Shown: positions 26,151 to 39,131 of the stretch, piece after piece
Position numbering within the stretch: position 1 is the stretch's first letter
Layout of the letters: each line of letters begins with the position of its first letter
Origin: Octopus sinensis
Lineage: Eukaryota
Length of the DNA: 64,000 nucleotides
NCBI RefSeq assembly: GCF_006345805.1
Contig: NC_043003.1
Coordinates: 93,744,001-93,808,000 of the forward strand
Direction: 5' to 3'
Translations under genes and position numbers: made by a program
Notes under the pieces: model-generated
The model's input: the letters and a program-made list of their open reading frames with translations, nothing else
What the model was told of the DNA's origin: nothing
The model's database searches: none

Positions 26151-26809
26151 ATAGATTAAAAAAAGCACTCGGAGAGCACAGAACTCTGCCAAGCTGCTCA
26201 TTTCCACCCATATACACGCATGCTGAAAATTGCCTAATTGCCCAATTTCCCAAACTAATGCCGGCAAAAACATAACCTCCTTGGTGGGATTAAAAAAAAA
26301 CACAGCCATATGATTTAAAGAAAAAAACCCTTTAAAAACAGGAATCATCTGAAGCAGTTATAATACATCAATGACAATAGCAAGCTAGCTTGAGTGATAC
26401 ACACACAACATTATGGATGGTAAAGTAACAGTTAGTTACAGTGACTTGTGAACACTGATCCTAGTTCATATAAACATGATCTAGCAGGCTTCCATAGACA
26501 GTAGTAGGTTTTTGGACTAGTAAGTCGAACCCAGAGTGGTTCATAGTTGTTAAGATCTCATGGTTAGGGGAATCAAGGAGATCCACGTTGAAATACACCA
26601 AGGACGATGGTCAGATGATTCCTTGGCAAAGATAAAAAGGTATCTGTCTACTTACGAAACTAAACCTACCTACCTACTTTACAACACTCTGTGGTCAGTA
26701 TAGTATCAATCGACCCTTAAGAGACCATAGAAACGCGAATAAAATTACTAATAGAGAAATGAAAATACAACTTTGGAAACAGCAACGCCACCATAGGTTA
26801 CATGGAAAC

Positions 26810-27075
26810 AATGAACGTGTTTTCAAAGGAGATAATCAAAGAACGTCACATTGTAATACTTCATGTATAGTAAATATAACAAATGAAAAATCCTTCAAGA
26901 ATCTATAAAAATTTTCAAATCACTACCAAAATTTCATTATCTGCTACTTGTGTCATTACCAACTTTTCCTGCAAGTTTCATCAAATACCGTTCACAACTT
27001 TTTGAGTTATTTTGCACACAGACAGACAAACCAATGACAATGGAAACATAACCTCCTTCCTTGGCGAAGGTAATT
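26810..27075. mobile_element. Interspersed repeat, possibly a Helentron-associated (HINE-like) element
   Basis: Second copy at ~43985-44255; both end in a short acag/acgg repeat plus aaacataacctcc...ttggcgRaggtaa. Confidence 0.5.
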
Positions 27076-27685
27076 ATGTACACGTTTTGATCTGCTGTTT
27101 GAAGTGTAATTTCCATGTTGGCATGGGTTAGATGGGCTATTTCTGACCCCTATATGGGTCAAGGAACTCTAGAGTGCAAGTTTAATTTCTGGTTTGGTTT
27201 CTATCATGGAATTCTTTTCCTAAAGCCAACCACTCCACAGAGTGTATTGTACCATCAATAGAAAGACTAGCTGGCAGAAACGTTTGCACGCCGGGCGAAA
27301 TGCGTAGCCGTATTTCGTCTGCCGTTACGCTCAGAGTTCAAATTCCGCCGAGGTCGAACTTTGCCTTTCATCCTTTCGGGGTCGATAAATAAAGTACCAG
27401 TTTCGCACTGGGGTCGATGTAATCGACTTAATCCGTTTGTCCCCTTGTGGGCAGTAAAGAAATATATTATGTGTTTGATAAACTAAAATGTATTCTTAAC
27501 TCTATGCTTAGCAGAGCTGACTGTGAGCATTTTATTGCAGTACCAGCACTTAAGAGGATAGGAGTGAGTGACATATAGCAAGAAGACATCTGCTGAGAGT
27601 GTATGGTGGATGTTGAAACCAAATAGCCAGTGGGGAGCACAGGTAGAGGGACTGACATATAAGAAGGTCTGATGAGGTCCTTTAA

Positions 27686-27910
27686 CCCTTTAGCATTTAA
27701 ACTGGCCATAACCAGACCAAAATATTCTACCTGCTTCATGTTCAAACAGGCCATATCTCATCTCTCACACTACCCTACAATACAATATTATTACAAAATT
27801 AAACAACCACACCATTGAAATCTCAAAGCTACAAGGTAATGCATGGGTAATTTTTATCAATGTGAACAAATAAGCATTACATTTGATAGAGAAATCTGAA
27901 CGGTAAAGGG
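27686..27910. mobile_element. piggyBac-type MITE (second family)
   Basis: ttaa|ccctttagcattt ... ggtaaaggg|tcaa; partial copy at ~6285-6340. Confidence 0.55.
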
Positions 27911-30172
27911 TCAAGTATTTCAACCCAAAAGGCGAGAAAGCTAGGGTGATAAGGATAAGAGAAGGAAGAGTGAGATGGCACGGTGGTATACCTGGTTATA
28001 CTGGAAGTAATGTATGATAAGCCAGAGGTTTAGTGCTGCCCTTTGTCACATCGGTAACTTAGTGAAGTGAGAGTGAGAAAAAGTGATTTAGATATAAACA
28101 ATGGGGTCACAAGAGGCATCAGTGATAAAGACAGGTGGGCAATAAGAGAAAAGTGTGATAAGAGAGGCGATGGATAGATGTGTTAGAAGGATAAGAGGCT
28201 ATCCACATGCAAATGTTCATATATACACACAAACACACACCTGAGGATATAAAATCATCTGTCTGTCTACACACACATAAATGCATATATTTACACATAT
28301 TTTAACATCTGCTTTCATCATACTTCAACAAGCAAAGAAATGTTCTGCACAGGAGACTGAAGTGAAGAAAAAGTGTATAGTTCGATCAGCTCAACCGATG
28401 GTGGTGGTGGGGGTGAGAGATAGAGGACAGTGAATGATGACATGATTATGCATAGGGGATGCGAAGCAATAGGTAGATGAGAGGAGGGGGTGAGGCTACG
28501 AGGTGAGGGAGCAGCAAAGGTAAGTTTAGCAGGGTACAAAAATAAATATCACATCTTTTAAGTACTATCCTTGTATCGGGGTACGTTTTGTCATGGGTAG
28601 TAGACGGGTCGTTTGTAGCAATACATATTATTAATCAGTAGACTTTTGTCATCTCTCACACACAAACACACGCATATACATGACAATCTTTCGGTATTAT
28701 AAAGACAACGTTATTCATCCACGCAACGTTTCCTCATGAAAGATAAAAGAAGCTAGACTGATAAAGAGGATGAATGACGTCACCTACTTATACCGAAAGA
28801 CCGCGTGTAGGGTGTGTGTGTACAGATATGAGAGAGAGATTCTCGTGTATATATGACTTAAAGGAAAAGTATCTAATTTACAAAAGCAAACAATATGAAA
28901 ATAGAGGAAAAAACAAAACAAAAAGGAAATGTATAAAGCAATGAAAGTAGAGGAATGTACAATCAATCGATCAATCGATCGATCAATCAATCAATCTACC
29001 TATGTATCTGCACGCACGAAGTGAGAAATTTTTTTGAGTGCAATTATCTCCAATCTAATCCATGTTTTGAGGGGAGGGGATAGACGATGACATCGACCCT
29101 AATCTTTGATTGTCACGTTAGTTTATTGGCATTCCCAAACATGTGCTTCCCCACCATCCGACTTTGCAACCTCATAACTTCCAGAGAAATGGATAGAGAT
29201 GATTTTTAATGAAGTTTTCAACAAATACGCTTCTGATTTCTGATGGTGTACATTTCTATTACATCTGAATTTGTTGTGAAAAACTTTTTCTGTGGGCGGG
29301 AAAGGGGAGCTTTGGAAAATTCACACGAATGAACTTTGTTTTTCTCATAACTATCAGAAAAATGGGTGTTTCGATGAATTTTTTTTCACAAATACTTTCA
29401 AAGTGTGTAAATTATATCGGAATATGATGTGAAAAGAAAAATAGTGACACACACATATTAACACACATTTTTCGAAATTTCAAGTTTCAATTTGTAGATA
29501 TATGTGCAGTGTATTAGTATATTTGCATACGATCCCACCAATCTTTTTTTTATATCTCCGTATTTTTTTTTACGTATTTCAATAAAAAATTTCTGAAACG
29601 AGGGAAAATTGAAGAATTTGGGGTGGGGTATGGGGCGGGGGAAATAAAAAAATTTAAATGCCGGTTTTTTTGTAGACAGGATCTCCGTACTCGAAAATGG
29701 GGGATTCTATAAAAAAAAAAGAAAGATAGAGGGTGCGATCTACATTCTTTTACGTCCGCCGAATACTAGTTTACTGAGCCCGCTTGTAAGAGAACTAGCA
29801 ATGAAAAGAACATGTAACTCAGGGTTTTTCCTTTCTCACCCGCCCCCTTTCTTTCTTTTTCGACGTTTTAACGATTCTCCCATCTCAAAAATTGTCACCC
29901 AGAAAATATACACCCTCCGAATAGATAAGATTATCATTAGATTAAAGGGGAAAAAAATCTTTTGTTTTGTTTTAATCGGACAACGAACACACACACACAC
30001 ACAAAATATCGATACATTTTTCTTTTCTTTTTTAAATCAATTAATTACAGATTGAGATCATTAATCACCGGAGTGTTTATAATATCAGAGAAACACGGAT
30101 TATCAATTTACGTTATTTCAAAAACAAAGCAATATATACGAATCAATTCATGTGTAAATAATAACGACTTGC

Positions 30173-30295
30173 CTCTCCGAAATGGAAAGCTGAGACGACG
30201 ATTAAGACGAAGCCGAAGAAGAACAACGTTGTGCCATATTTATAAGAGAGGATAGTGTAGGCTTGTCGCTGTATGAACTTGCAGAAAGTTCTCAT
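30173..30295 (-). CDS. GNPTAB: GNPTAB coding exon 1 (cytoplasmic tail + TM1)
   Basis: MRTFCKFIQRQAYTILSYKYGTTLFFFGFVLIVVSAFHFGE resembles human MLFKLLQRQTYTCLSHRYG...VSAFQFGE. ATG at 30295 in caaaaATG context; ends in phase 0 at GAG|GCAAGT (GC donor). An in-frame upstream ATG at 30334 has weaker context. Confidence 0.9.
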
Positions 30296-30590
30296 TTTTG
30301 TCAAGTAAGCGCGGTAGTTTTCCTCAAGAAACATGAAACAAGTTGTGCGAGAACACCCCTCCTGGTATTTCTAAATCCATACTTGTCTTCAAAACGTGGC
30401 GCTGTTTTTTCGAGATATGGATTGTTTCAGTCACATGACAGAATTTAACTTCCGTCGTGTGCAAAACCGGACTCGAAACGGTGATCAATTAAAAAAGCTC
30501 ACTGCTTTAAATTATTACCATCCAATTAAACGTGAGCATGTAAGGTGTGTTTCTGTTGGTATGTAGGCGTGTCTAGAAGGATTTACATGT
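30296..30590 (-). promoter_or_regulatory. Probable GNPTAB 5'UTR / promoter
   Basis: Non-repetitive, locally CpG-retaining sequence immediately upstream of the start codon, bounded by a microsatellite block from ~30600; TSS cannot be determined. Confidence 0.45.
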
Positions 30591-30597
30591 TTAACTA

Positions 30598-30632
<35 letters not shown>

Positions 30633-30812
30633 GCCTGTGCGCGCGCGCATGTGTATAGATAAATGTATGTAATAATTATATGCAAAATTATAGCCTTTTT
30701 GCTTTTTACTAGCCTATATGTGTGTGTGTGTGTGTGTGTATGGGTGCGTATTATGCATGTATGTCCCTATTTATTTACCTTCCTCTCTTTCTCATACACA
30801 CACACACACACA

Positions 30813-30894
<82 letters not shown>

Positions 30895-31041
30895 TACATC
30901 CATCCAGATAGATAGATAAATAGATTGATAGATACATCTATCCATCCCTCCCTCCATCCGTCCATCAGTCCATCGATTCCATACATACATACATACATAC
31001 ATACATACATACATACATACATACATACATACGTACATACA

Positions 31042-31071
<30 letters not shown>
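30598..31071. repeat. Compound microsatellite block (TA, TG/CA, GA, GATA, TCCA, CATA)
   Basis: Direct reading of the sequence. Confidence 0.95.
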
Positions 31072-31072
<1 letters not shown>

Positions 31073-31600
31073 CACTGTTGCCAACTTAAAATCAGAATTT
31101 TATGCTAAATTTTAGTAGAAAAATACGAAAAAAAAATACTAAAAATGCTAAATATGACAAAAAAATGCTAAAGACAAATTACATCAAAAAGCTTAATTTC
31201 TATTTACTTTCTTTAATTATATTCAGCATTGAGAAATAATTTCTTGAATTTCACTGATTTAATCACTTTCAGCTGCAGTGCCTAGGTCTTGACTTCTGTA
31301 TACATTCAAGGTCCCAATCTTGTTAATTATGTGTTTGGAATATCAAAGTTTTTGCAACATTTGCCACATCTTTTCAGGCCATATTTTTTAGACAGTATTG
31401 ATCTAAGCATAGGAAGAGGCATTTTGTTTTGCAATTTTGATTTGATTACACCCATACTACTGAACAACCATCCAACTTCTGCATTTGAGTTTGGCAATAT
31501 CAATAGTTTAATGGCAAAATTTGCAACATCTCTAAAAGGATTTCCTTCAGTAGTATCTTTATATTCCAAGACTTCCAGCTATTTAACTAAATGAATGCTA
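31073..31600 (-). mobile_element. hAT transposon 3' fragment (dimerisation domain)
   Basis: Terminal cactgttgccaac; FRDVANFAIKLLILPNSNAEVGWLFSSMGVIKSKLQNKM resembles the hATC motif. Confidence 0.75.
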
Positions 31601-33880
31601 TCAAACCCCCGCCCTCCCTTTTAGGAACAGTTTCCTCTCGGCCCATTTCTGGGTGAGATTGGCCACTCTGATCGTAATCTCATCCCAATTTCTCTCTGTT
31701 TGGAGGTCTGGACCAAACCAAACCCCGAGCAATTTCAGCGGGCCATCTGTCCAACGCCTTACGATGTTGTTAGGTGGCATCAACCTGTCTGTCCAGGTTC
31801 CGAGCTGCAGGCCAACCGACTTATCATGGTTTATTTTTGCCCCTGATACCACTTCGTACTCCCTAATGGCATCACCTACTAGATGCAGGTGTATGTCACA
31901 GGATACGAATACGGTGGTGTCGTCCGCATAGGCTGTTACTGTCATCCCGCACTCTAGATCACGCAGGACGCCTCTCAAGGCCTCCACTTTCTGCAGTAAT
32001 GGCTCAAGGGCCAGAACGTACAGAAGGGAGGATAGGGGACATCCTTGGTGGACGTACGATGCTGAACTTCTCTGAAAGATGACCGTTCATCCGAACTACC
32101 AATTTAAATGTCAGGATTATTAACCATCCTGTCTATGGTGTAGCGTAGAGGAGGAGGCTGTCGTGGATTGTTCTGGATGGAATATCGCATGTTTTGCCTT
32201 CCCACCCAGTTTGTCGACGACAGGCGCCAACCTCTTATCTAGCACCTTGGCCAAAATCTTCAGCTCTGCATTAAGCTGAGTGATGGATCTAAAGTTATCT
32301 ATAACGTCATCCTTGTTTGGGTCCTTTCTTAGCAGCACCACGATCCCCCGGCTCACTGACCTAGAAATGCTTCTATCCTGTTGCCAGTTGGCGTAGATAT
32401 TTGCCAGTAGGCTCCCAAACAAGTCTGGCATATTACAATAGAACTCGTAGGGCAGACCATCTAGACCCGGTTGACTTGCCCCCAGTGCAGCCCGGTAGGG
32501 CCTCTTCTACCTCCGCAGCTGTGATCGGCCCTTCACAGCACTCCGCCTGCTGCGTTCAGAGTCGCAGCAGACCAACCAGGAAATCCGAGAAGTCTATCCC
32601 GCGATTCGGCCCACCGCTCATCCCGAACAGCTGAGCGAAGTGCTGGTGAAGGACCTTACATATTTTGTCGGGTTCGTTAACCGTGCCTCCATTTTGGTCG
32701 ACCAAAGACTGTATGGCGGCTTTATTACCACGTTGGGTCTCTACTATGTGGGCCCATCCCGCAGCGTTGATTCCCTCTTGTCTCATAGCACGAAACTTAG
32801 GTCTGACAATACAACCTTCGTGCTTGGCATTGAGGTGTTGGTCTAGGGCCAATATTGCTGCCAGCATGTTAGAAGTATTGCCAGATTTTAATGCCTTTTC
32901 TAGTGTGCTAAGTCCCTTTCTATTCTATTTTTTCTAATGCTAAAACGTTGCTATATCTACGTGACTCAAATTTAATGGCTCTTTTTAGGGCGTACCACCA
33001 GTTGTTATTGATGATGGCTCCTGTTAACGCCGTTTTCACTAATTCTCTAATCCGAGCACTATCTACAAAATCTATCTAAATCAAGCTTACAAATCACAAA
33101 CTTGTGATCCGTATAGCTGTCGATCTGAAACTGTGGACAACTAACGCTAGATTTATCACCTAACCTAATGAATGCTCTATCTAATAGGATCTGGAAGACT
33201 CGGTGCTGTTGGTTCATGTCCACATCCTATGTGCATCCGGATGAGCCATTCTAAACCTATGTGCATCTGGGTGATCAATTCTAAACCTATGTGCATCTGG
33301 GTGATCAATTCTAAACCTATGTGCATCCGGGTGATCTATTCTAAACCTGTCAGCCAGTTGAAAGCAACTGAACAGGTTAGTGAGGCAAGTATTCCTTTTC
33401 TATTTGGAGTTGAGCCAACACAACCCACACGTGCATCTAGGATTGTGTTAAAGTTACCTACTAACACTAACGTGCATAACACCCCGAGGAAAGCCTCTAG
33501 GCGTCTGAAGTAGTCGGATTGACCCGTGATGTTTGGGGCATAAGCTGCAACCAGTCTGAAGGCGTTGCCACTGCTATGTGTCGCGTTAAGGACAACCAGC
33601 TTGCCTTCTGGGCCCACAAAGATTATCATGATTTCTAAATCCAGGCCTTTTCGGAATAAAAGCACAATTCCTCTGCCTCCTCTAGGCTGGCTTGAAGATC
33701 GAAGAGTGGCGAAAAAGCTCGTGATCCGGTCAGCCTGGTTTCTCTGGTGACTACGACATCCAAATCTCGCCCTGAGATCATTTAGCAAGTATATTTGCTT
33801 CCAATATGATCCTAGACCATGCATATTCACACTATCGAGATTGAACGAAACCACGATAAGCAGGTTTAGAATCGATAACA
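31601..33880 (-). mobile_element. L1/Tx1-clade LINE ORF2 pseudogene (APE endonuclease + RT)
   Basis: SVNMHGL...LVAAYAPN...LVGNFNTILD (EN); NFRSITQLNAELKILAKVL, QGCPLSPLLY and AYADDTTV...SGAKINHDKS (RT); frameshifted. Confidence 0.9.
33226..33348. repeat. 30-bp tandem repeat x4 inside the Tx1 endonuclease
   Basis: cctatgtgcatcYggRtgaNcNattctaaa four times. Confidence 0.95.
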
Positions 33881-33949
33881 TACAAAATTCCCCACTCCAC
33901 CCACCAAAAAAAAAACACAGTTTAGACAAACAAATAGCGGAACTTACAA

Positions 33950-35042
33950 GAGAGAAAAAAACACGTCCGAATTGTCGAACTGGAATGAAAAGTGCTGGGG
34001 AAATTGTTAGAACCACAAAGTATGCCAAATCTACTGTTTTTAGTGTTGTAATTCAATTTGAAGAGAACTCGGGATGTTCAGAGAAAGTCTCACAGGCCTC
34101 TTAGTGATAGAAAACGCACACCTCACTTCTTAGCAGGACTTGAAAGATCGACTGAGTCGAACCCATCAAAATCGATAGTGAAGTTGGCTCAAGATCGAGG
34201 AATCAGTAAAATGACCGTTTCTGGGGCAGTGAGACAAGGCCTCCATATGAAATCGTATGTGAGGAAACACCGTAACATCCTCCAAAGTCATTTGAGGTGA
34301 AAGAAGTCCCAAACTTATTAGTCATCTGAAACACTGTGACGAAGACGTCTGCATCTTCGTGAATGAAAAGAAGGTCATGATAGACGAAGTTGCAAACCGT
34401 CAAAATTCACAAGTGAAAGCGTACGATCCTTCCCAAGTTCCTTCAGTTATGAATAGCAAGAATCCAGCTTCCATTATGATCTTTAGAGCTGTTGCATGTG
34501 ATGGGAAATTGACGCCTCCTCGTGTTATTGAAGCGGTTCTTAAAATCGATACAGCAGAGTATCTAAAAATCTTAGAAGTTTTGTTGCCTTGGATTACGAA
34601 GCATTATTATGCAAGTCGGGTTATGTTTGTATAGGACTCTGCACCAGCCCTTTCTTCGAAAAGAGTGCAAGAATTTTTGAAGAAGGAATTGCCCATCTTT
34701 GCCCCTGAAGATATCTGTCCTTCTAGCTCGCAAGATTTGAATCCGTGTGAGTTTTTGTTATGGAGCGCAGCTGAAGCAATATCCAACGCAACTTCTCAGA
34801 ACTGTGTGTATTCACTGAAGGCTTCGATCAAGCGAGCATTCGGTAAAAGGAGAAAGGAAATCAATTCATAAACAGATTGAACTGGTAAAGAGATTAAATG
34901 GCGGTCACATTGAACTGAATCAAGTACTAAATACTCCACACTAAATTGCCATGAATATAAAATTTGCAGTGTCTGATTTTTCCAAGTTATACTAATTATA
35001 ACAAAAATATTTAACTGGTCCCAATTTACCTGTTACACCCTG
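33950..35042 (+). mobile_element. maT (DD37D-type) Tc1/mariner pseudogene with 3' TIR
   Basis: DSAP...PSSSQDLNPCE has 37 residues between the acidic positions; HTH N-terminus; ends ggtcccaatttacctgttacaccctg|ta. Confidence 0.85.
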
Positions 35043-35091
35043 TATAAATATATATATGTATGTATGTATGTATAAATTTATTCACCGTATC

Positions 35092-35189
<98 letters not shown>

Positions 35190-35439
35190 TAAATTAGAGA
35201 TAAAACCACTATTAGGCAAATCAAACAATGAAAAACTTAAGTCAATACATAAAATTAATTAATTTATATTATTTTAAATATATATCAAAAGTATTAAAAG
35301 ATTAATAAAAGATAATGATATATATATATGCATATGTACACACATATATTTACATATATATACATATATATATATATATGTTTACCAAAATTACATAAAA
35401 GTATCTTGAAATACTAAAGAGTAAATTTATTTAATAAAA

Positions 35440-36720
35440 TCGCCATTGGCTTCAACCACGGCCTCCAGATGACTTCGGAATCTCCTGTAACTTCTCTGGG
35501 CGGTCTCCTTGTTTAAGTTGGTGAATGTTGCTATAATATTTGTTTTCAGTTCATCTATGGTGTTACAAGGAGTTTTGTTGGTCTCTCGCTCAACTGTTTC
35601 TCACATATAATAATGAAGGCGGTTGCAGTCTGGAGAGTTAGATGGCAGATGCTAGAGGTGATGTGGTCGCAGAAATTGTCTGACAGCCATGACTGGGTTC
35701 TCCTGCTTGTGTGACATGGTGCAGAGTCCTGTTGTCAAACATAGAACCCTCCAGCAGTCACCCTCTTGACGCAGAGCTACACTACCTCCTCCAGACACAT
35801 AGTGTTGGGCTCTGTGTTGAATCTGATGCCGCGTGGGAATATTAATAGAGGCATAGCGACGCTATCTCTTTTGATCACTCCAAACAACATGATGTTGAGT
35901 GGAAGTTTGATTTTTATCCTTCTCGGTACATGTTTTCGGGACACGGCAAGCCAACAGTTGTTCTATGTGTTCACTATCTAATCCTGGCAGAAATTTGTCT
36001 CGTCTGAGAAAAACCAAAGTATGGTTTGAAGGGTATGCTTGAGTTTGTTCAAAAGCTTGGTAGCGCGGTCTTTCTTCACCGTATACACACACACACACAC
36101 ACACACTCATATATATATATATATATATATACACATGGTGTAACAGGTAAATTGGGACCATTTAAATATCTTTACTATAATTAGTACAAGATGAGAAAGG
36201 GATAAAAATTGGCCCTTTCTCATCTTGTACGAGGAATACCGAATGTCTTCATGCACTACTTGCCTGACAAGAAACTCAGACACTCTCATGGCCCTGACGA
36301 TGGACCTGAATAGCTTGGAGGGATCGTTGTCAATCAAGGCCTGGATCTCACCAACAAATTCATGAGTTCTTTTTTTATCAGAACGATCAAAATGAGTTTT
36401 CCGAGCTGCCGTACCTTCATATTCACCATTAGATTCATCCAACTCTTTCCGAATCTTCTGCACTGTCCTCAGATTGACACCCAAGCACTCTGAAATATTC
36501 CAATTGCAGTTCCAGGTGCGAATGCCAAGCAGTGCAGTATATCGTTTCCAAATTTCTAGCAGAGTGAATTGCGTTTTGGTGCTGTGTTTCTCACAGACGG
36601 TGCCCAACTGCCCCCCTACTATACTGTGTAGTCGACAACATCAAAAGCAAATAACGTTCATGAGCGAAATAAAAATATAAAAAATATAAAATAGCGACAA
36701 TTTACCCACTGCACCCTATT
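35440..36720 (-). mobile_element. Second maT-type transposase pseudogene, interrupted
   Basis: WFFSDETNF...QQDSAPCHTSRRTQSWL and the N-terminal HTH (ORF 36107-36607); interrupted at ~36083-36195 by a microsatellite and a TIR piece matching the neighbouring element's end. Confidence 0.85.
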
Positions 36721-36986
36721 CTTCCACCTTTCTACTTCCGGTCTTTCAATATGTGACCTCGTGAGTACCGCTGGCGATTTTTTCCCTCTGTCTTCCCTTC
36801 TCGGGATCTTTCCTTCTCCTATGTTTTCGACGAAGAGCTCCGCTCGAAACGTTAAACCCTCCTTCTTCCCTTCTTTCCTGAGCGTCCAATAATACTTTAT
36901 TTGTTCCACGTCCTCGCGTTGTTGTGTTTTTTTGTGTTTCTTTTTGTGTTTTCTTGTTTGGATTAACTATATATATAATATATATA

Positions 36987-37025
<39 letters not shown>

Positions 37026-37026
<1 letters not shown>

Positions 37027-37060
37027 TAGCAGAGTTACCCGGCGTTGCCCGAGTTACATA
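37026..37060 (-). mobile_element. Helitron 3' terminus
   Basis: Minus strand ctcgggcaacgccggg hairpin, ~8 nt spacer, then CTAG|T; the element body probably extends to the right. Confidence 0.65.
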
Positions 37061-38486
37061 CAATTGAAGAATTAGAATGTTCTGTTATATTTTCTGTAAT
37101 GAACTGGAATACCTATGTTTCGAATTTCATCAAAATTGCAGATGCGGGTTATTTCCCTCTTTAAACACCCTAAAAAAATTGTAATCGTGCCACATGTATC
37201 CCATACTACTGATTTGTATGCGCATATTCCAAAATTCCAGTCTTATAGAACCTGTTAAAAGGATTTTTCTCCTGAAAAATGGAAGTCATAGAGCTGCTCT
37301 AAAATGTGAGAGTTAAGGCCCCTATTGGGGGTGGGCATTTTAATGTCAACCAGAGAAGTTGAATTGTTGAGAATCTTTTAAAATTGGGTCTTATATCTAT
37401 TGTTTGAATTTCTTTGAAATAGGAAGTATATGTTCACTGGGTTTGTAAAAGAGAGCAAAGCTACAGGAAACCAAAAGACGAATGATCACAATAAGCAGTC
37501 AGCTACAGTACCCTAGTCGTTACCACTCCCAATGTAGTATTCCTCACCATCCAGGTGACAGGCACAGCCGTAAGATGCATTACGAATCTATAGCAATTGG
37601 AAGGGCATGACCCAACTGAAATAAACATTAACAACTGTGTGACGTGAGGGCTAAGGAGAAAGTGTCACCTCTGGAGTTTGCAAATGACCACTATACTGAT
37701 ATGTAACTGGGAAGAATAAATATACAATCTATAAATGTCTTTGAATAACCAGTCACTCATCTGGGAAGGCCTTGAAATCAATGTTACCATGTGGGGACTA
37801 TGTGTGACCCAGTGATAATAAAAAGACTGAAAGGAAGTCTGCAATCAAATAACTTTACTCAACACTTTGCAACTGAATCAGTGGAAGCAAAGATGCCTCT
37901 CATTTACTTGACAATTTATGCACCACATTGCAGAAATCACAATGTAAGTGTATGCCAAAGCAAACTCTTACACTGTTGTACCATTGAATTACAAATAATG
38001 CTCATCTTCTATGCTCGGGTGACCCTACAGCTTCCAAGAGCACAACTGTATTCGTCTTTGCTTAGATAAAATGACAAACTTGTGGGTGTTAAGTCCTCAT
38101 GAAGGGGTCTTTCTAACTTGTAAGAAGATAAAATTTTATAAATATTACTTAATTTGTATCTAATATCTATGGTTAAAATTTCATCAATAGCAAAAATATA
38201 TGAATTGTCATGGGGGTTATGGCCCTTATGCAGAGAATATAATTTCCAAATTTCGTAAAGATCCATTCAGTACTTTTGACTTAGTTTTGGATCATAAAAG
38301 AAATGACTAAAATTTGGGAGTTAAGGCCCCCATTAGGGTGTTTTAGAATCCTCATGGGAAGAGGAAACTTTGAGAATACTTCTTGATGTGTGTCAATTAC
38401 CCATGGTTGAAATTTCATCAACATATTATTCAAAGTGTCCTTTATTGTTTAACATGTAGGGTGTTATTTTGAAGATTTGCCTAGAG

Positions 38487-38832
38487 CAGGGGTCCTCAAA
38501 CATTTTTTTTTATATCTATGAACCCCTTTGATTACTATTTTATTCTGGTGGACCCCCATAACCATTCAGTGTTTAAAAACTAGCTTTATAGAAACTTCTT
38601 TCAAAATTCCTATTTTGTTTTTCTCACGTTAACTTGTGTAGGTCGAACTTTGTAAACTTTTAGAGAAAGAAACATGGCTGTTTTTGGCAATACATACTAG
38701 TTTAATGCTAAATTTTTTCAGGGGCCCTTAAAATACTGTTGTAGATATCCAATTTATATTTTTGTTGCGTGGACCCCGCAAAATCTTATATGGACTCTCA
38801 GGGTCCATATGTACCCCGGGCGAGAACCACTG
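38487..38832. mobile_element. hAT-type MITE
   Basis: caggggtcctc...gagaaccactg with 8-bp TSD gcctagag / acctagag (7 of 8 match). Confidence 0.75.
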
Positions 38833-39065
38833 ACCTAGAGGGTCTCCCGTTGATTCGTTATGAGGTAAGTGATTTCAACTGAATTATACATGAAACACTA
38901 ATACTAGAAATGGTTAGCAGGTGTCTCACAGAGGTTTACCAAGGTCGACTTAGCCCTTCGTTCTTTCAGGGTCGATGAAATAGGTACCAGTTGGGCACAG
39001 GGATCGATGTAATCGACTAACACCTCTCCCCACCGAGTAGCAGGCTTTGCGCTTATAGTAAGGAA

Positions 39066-39066
<1 letters not shown>

Positions 39067-39131
<65 letters not shown>

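Noticed and set aside
33226-33348. CRISPR-like 30-bp repeats
   Set aside because: Units are directly adjacent with no spacers, lie inside a LINE endonuclease, and the context is eukaryotic.
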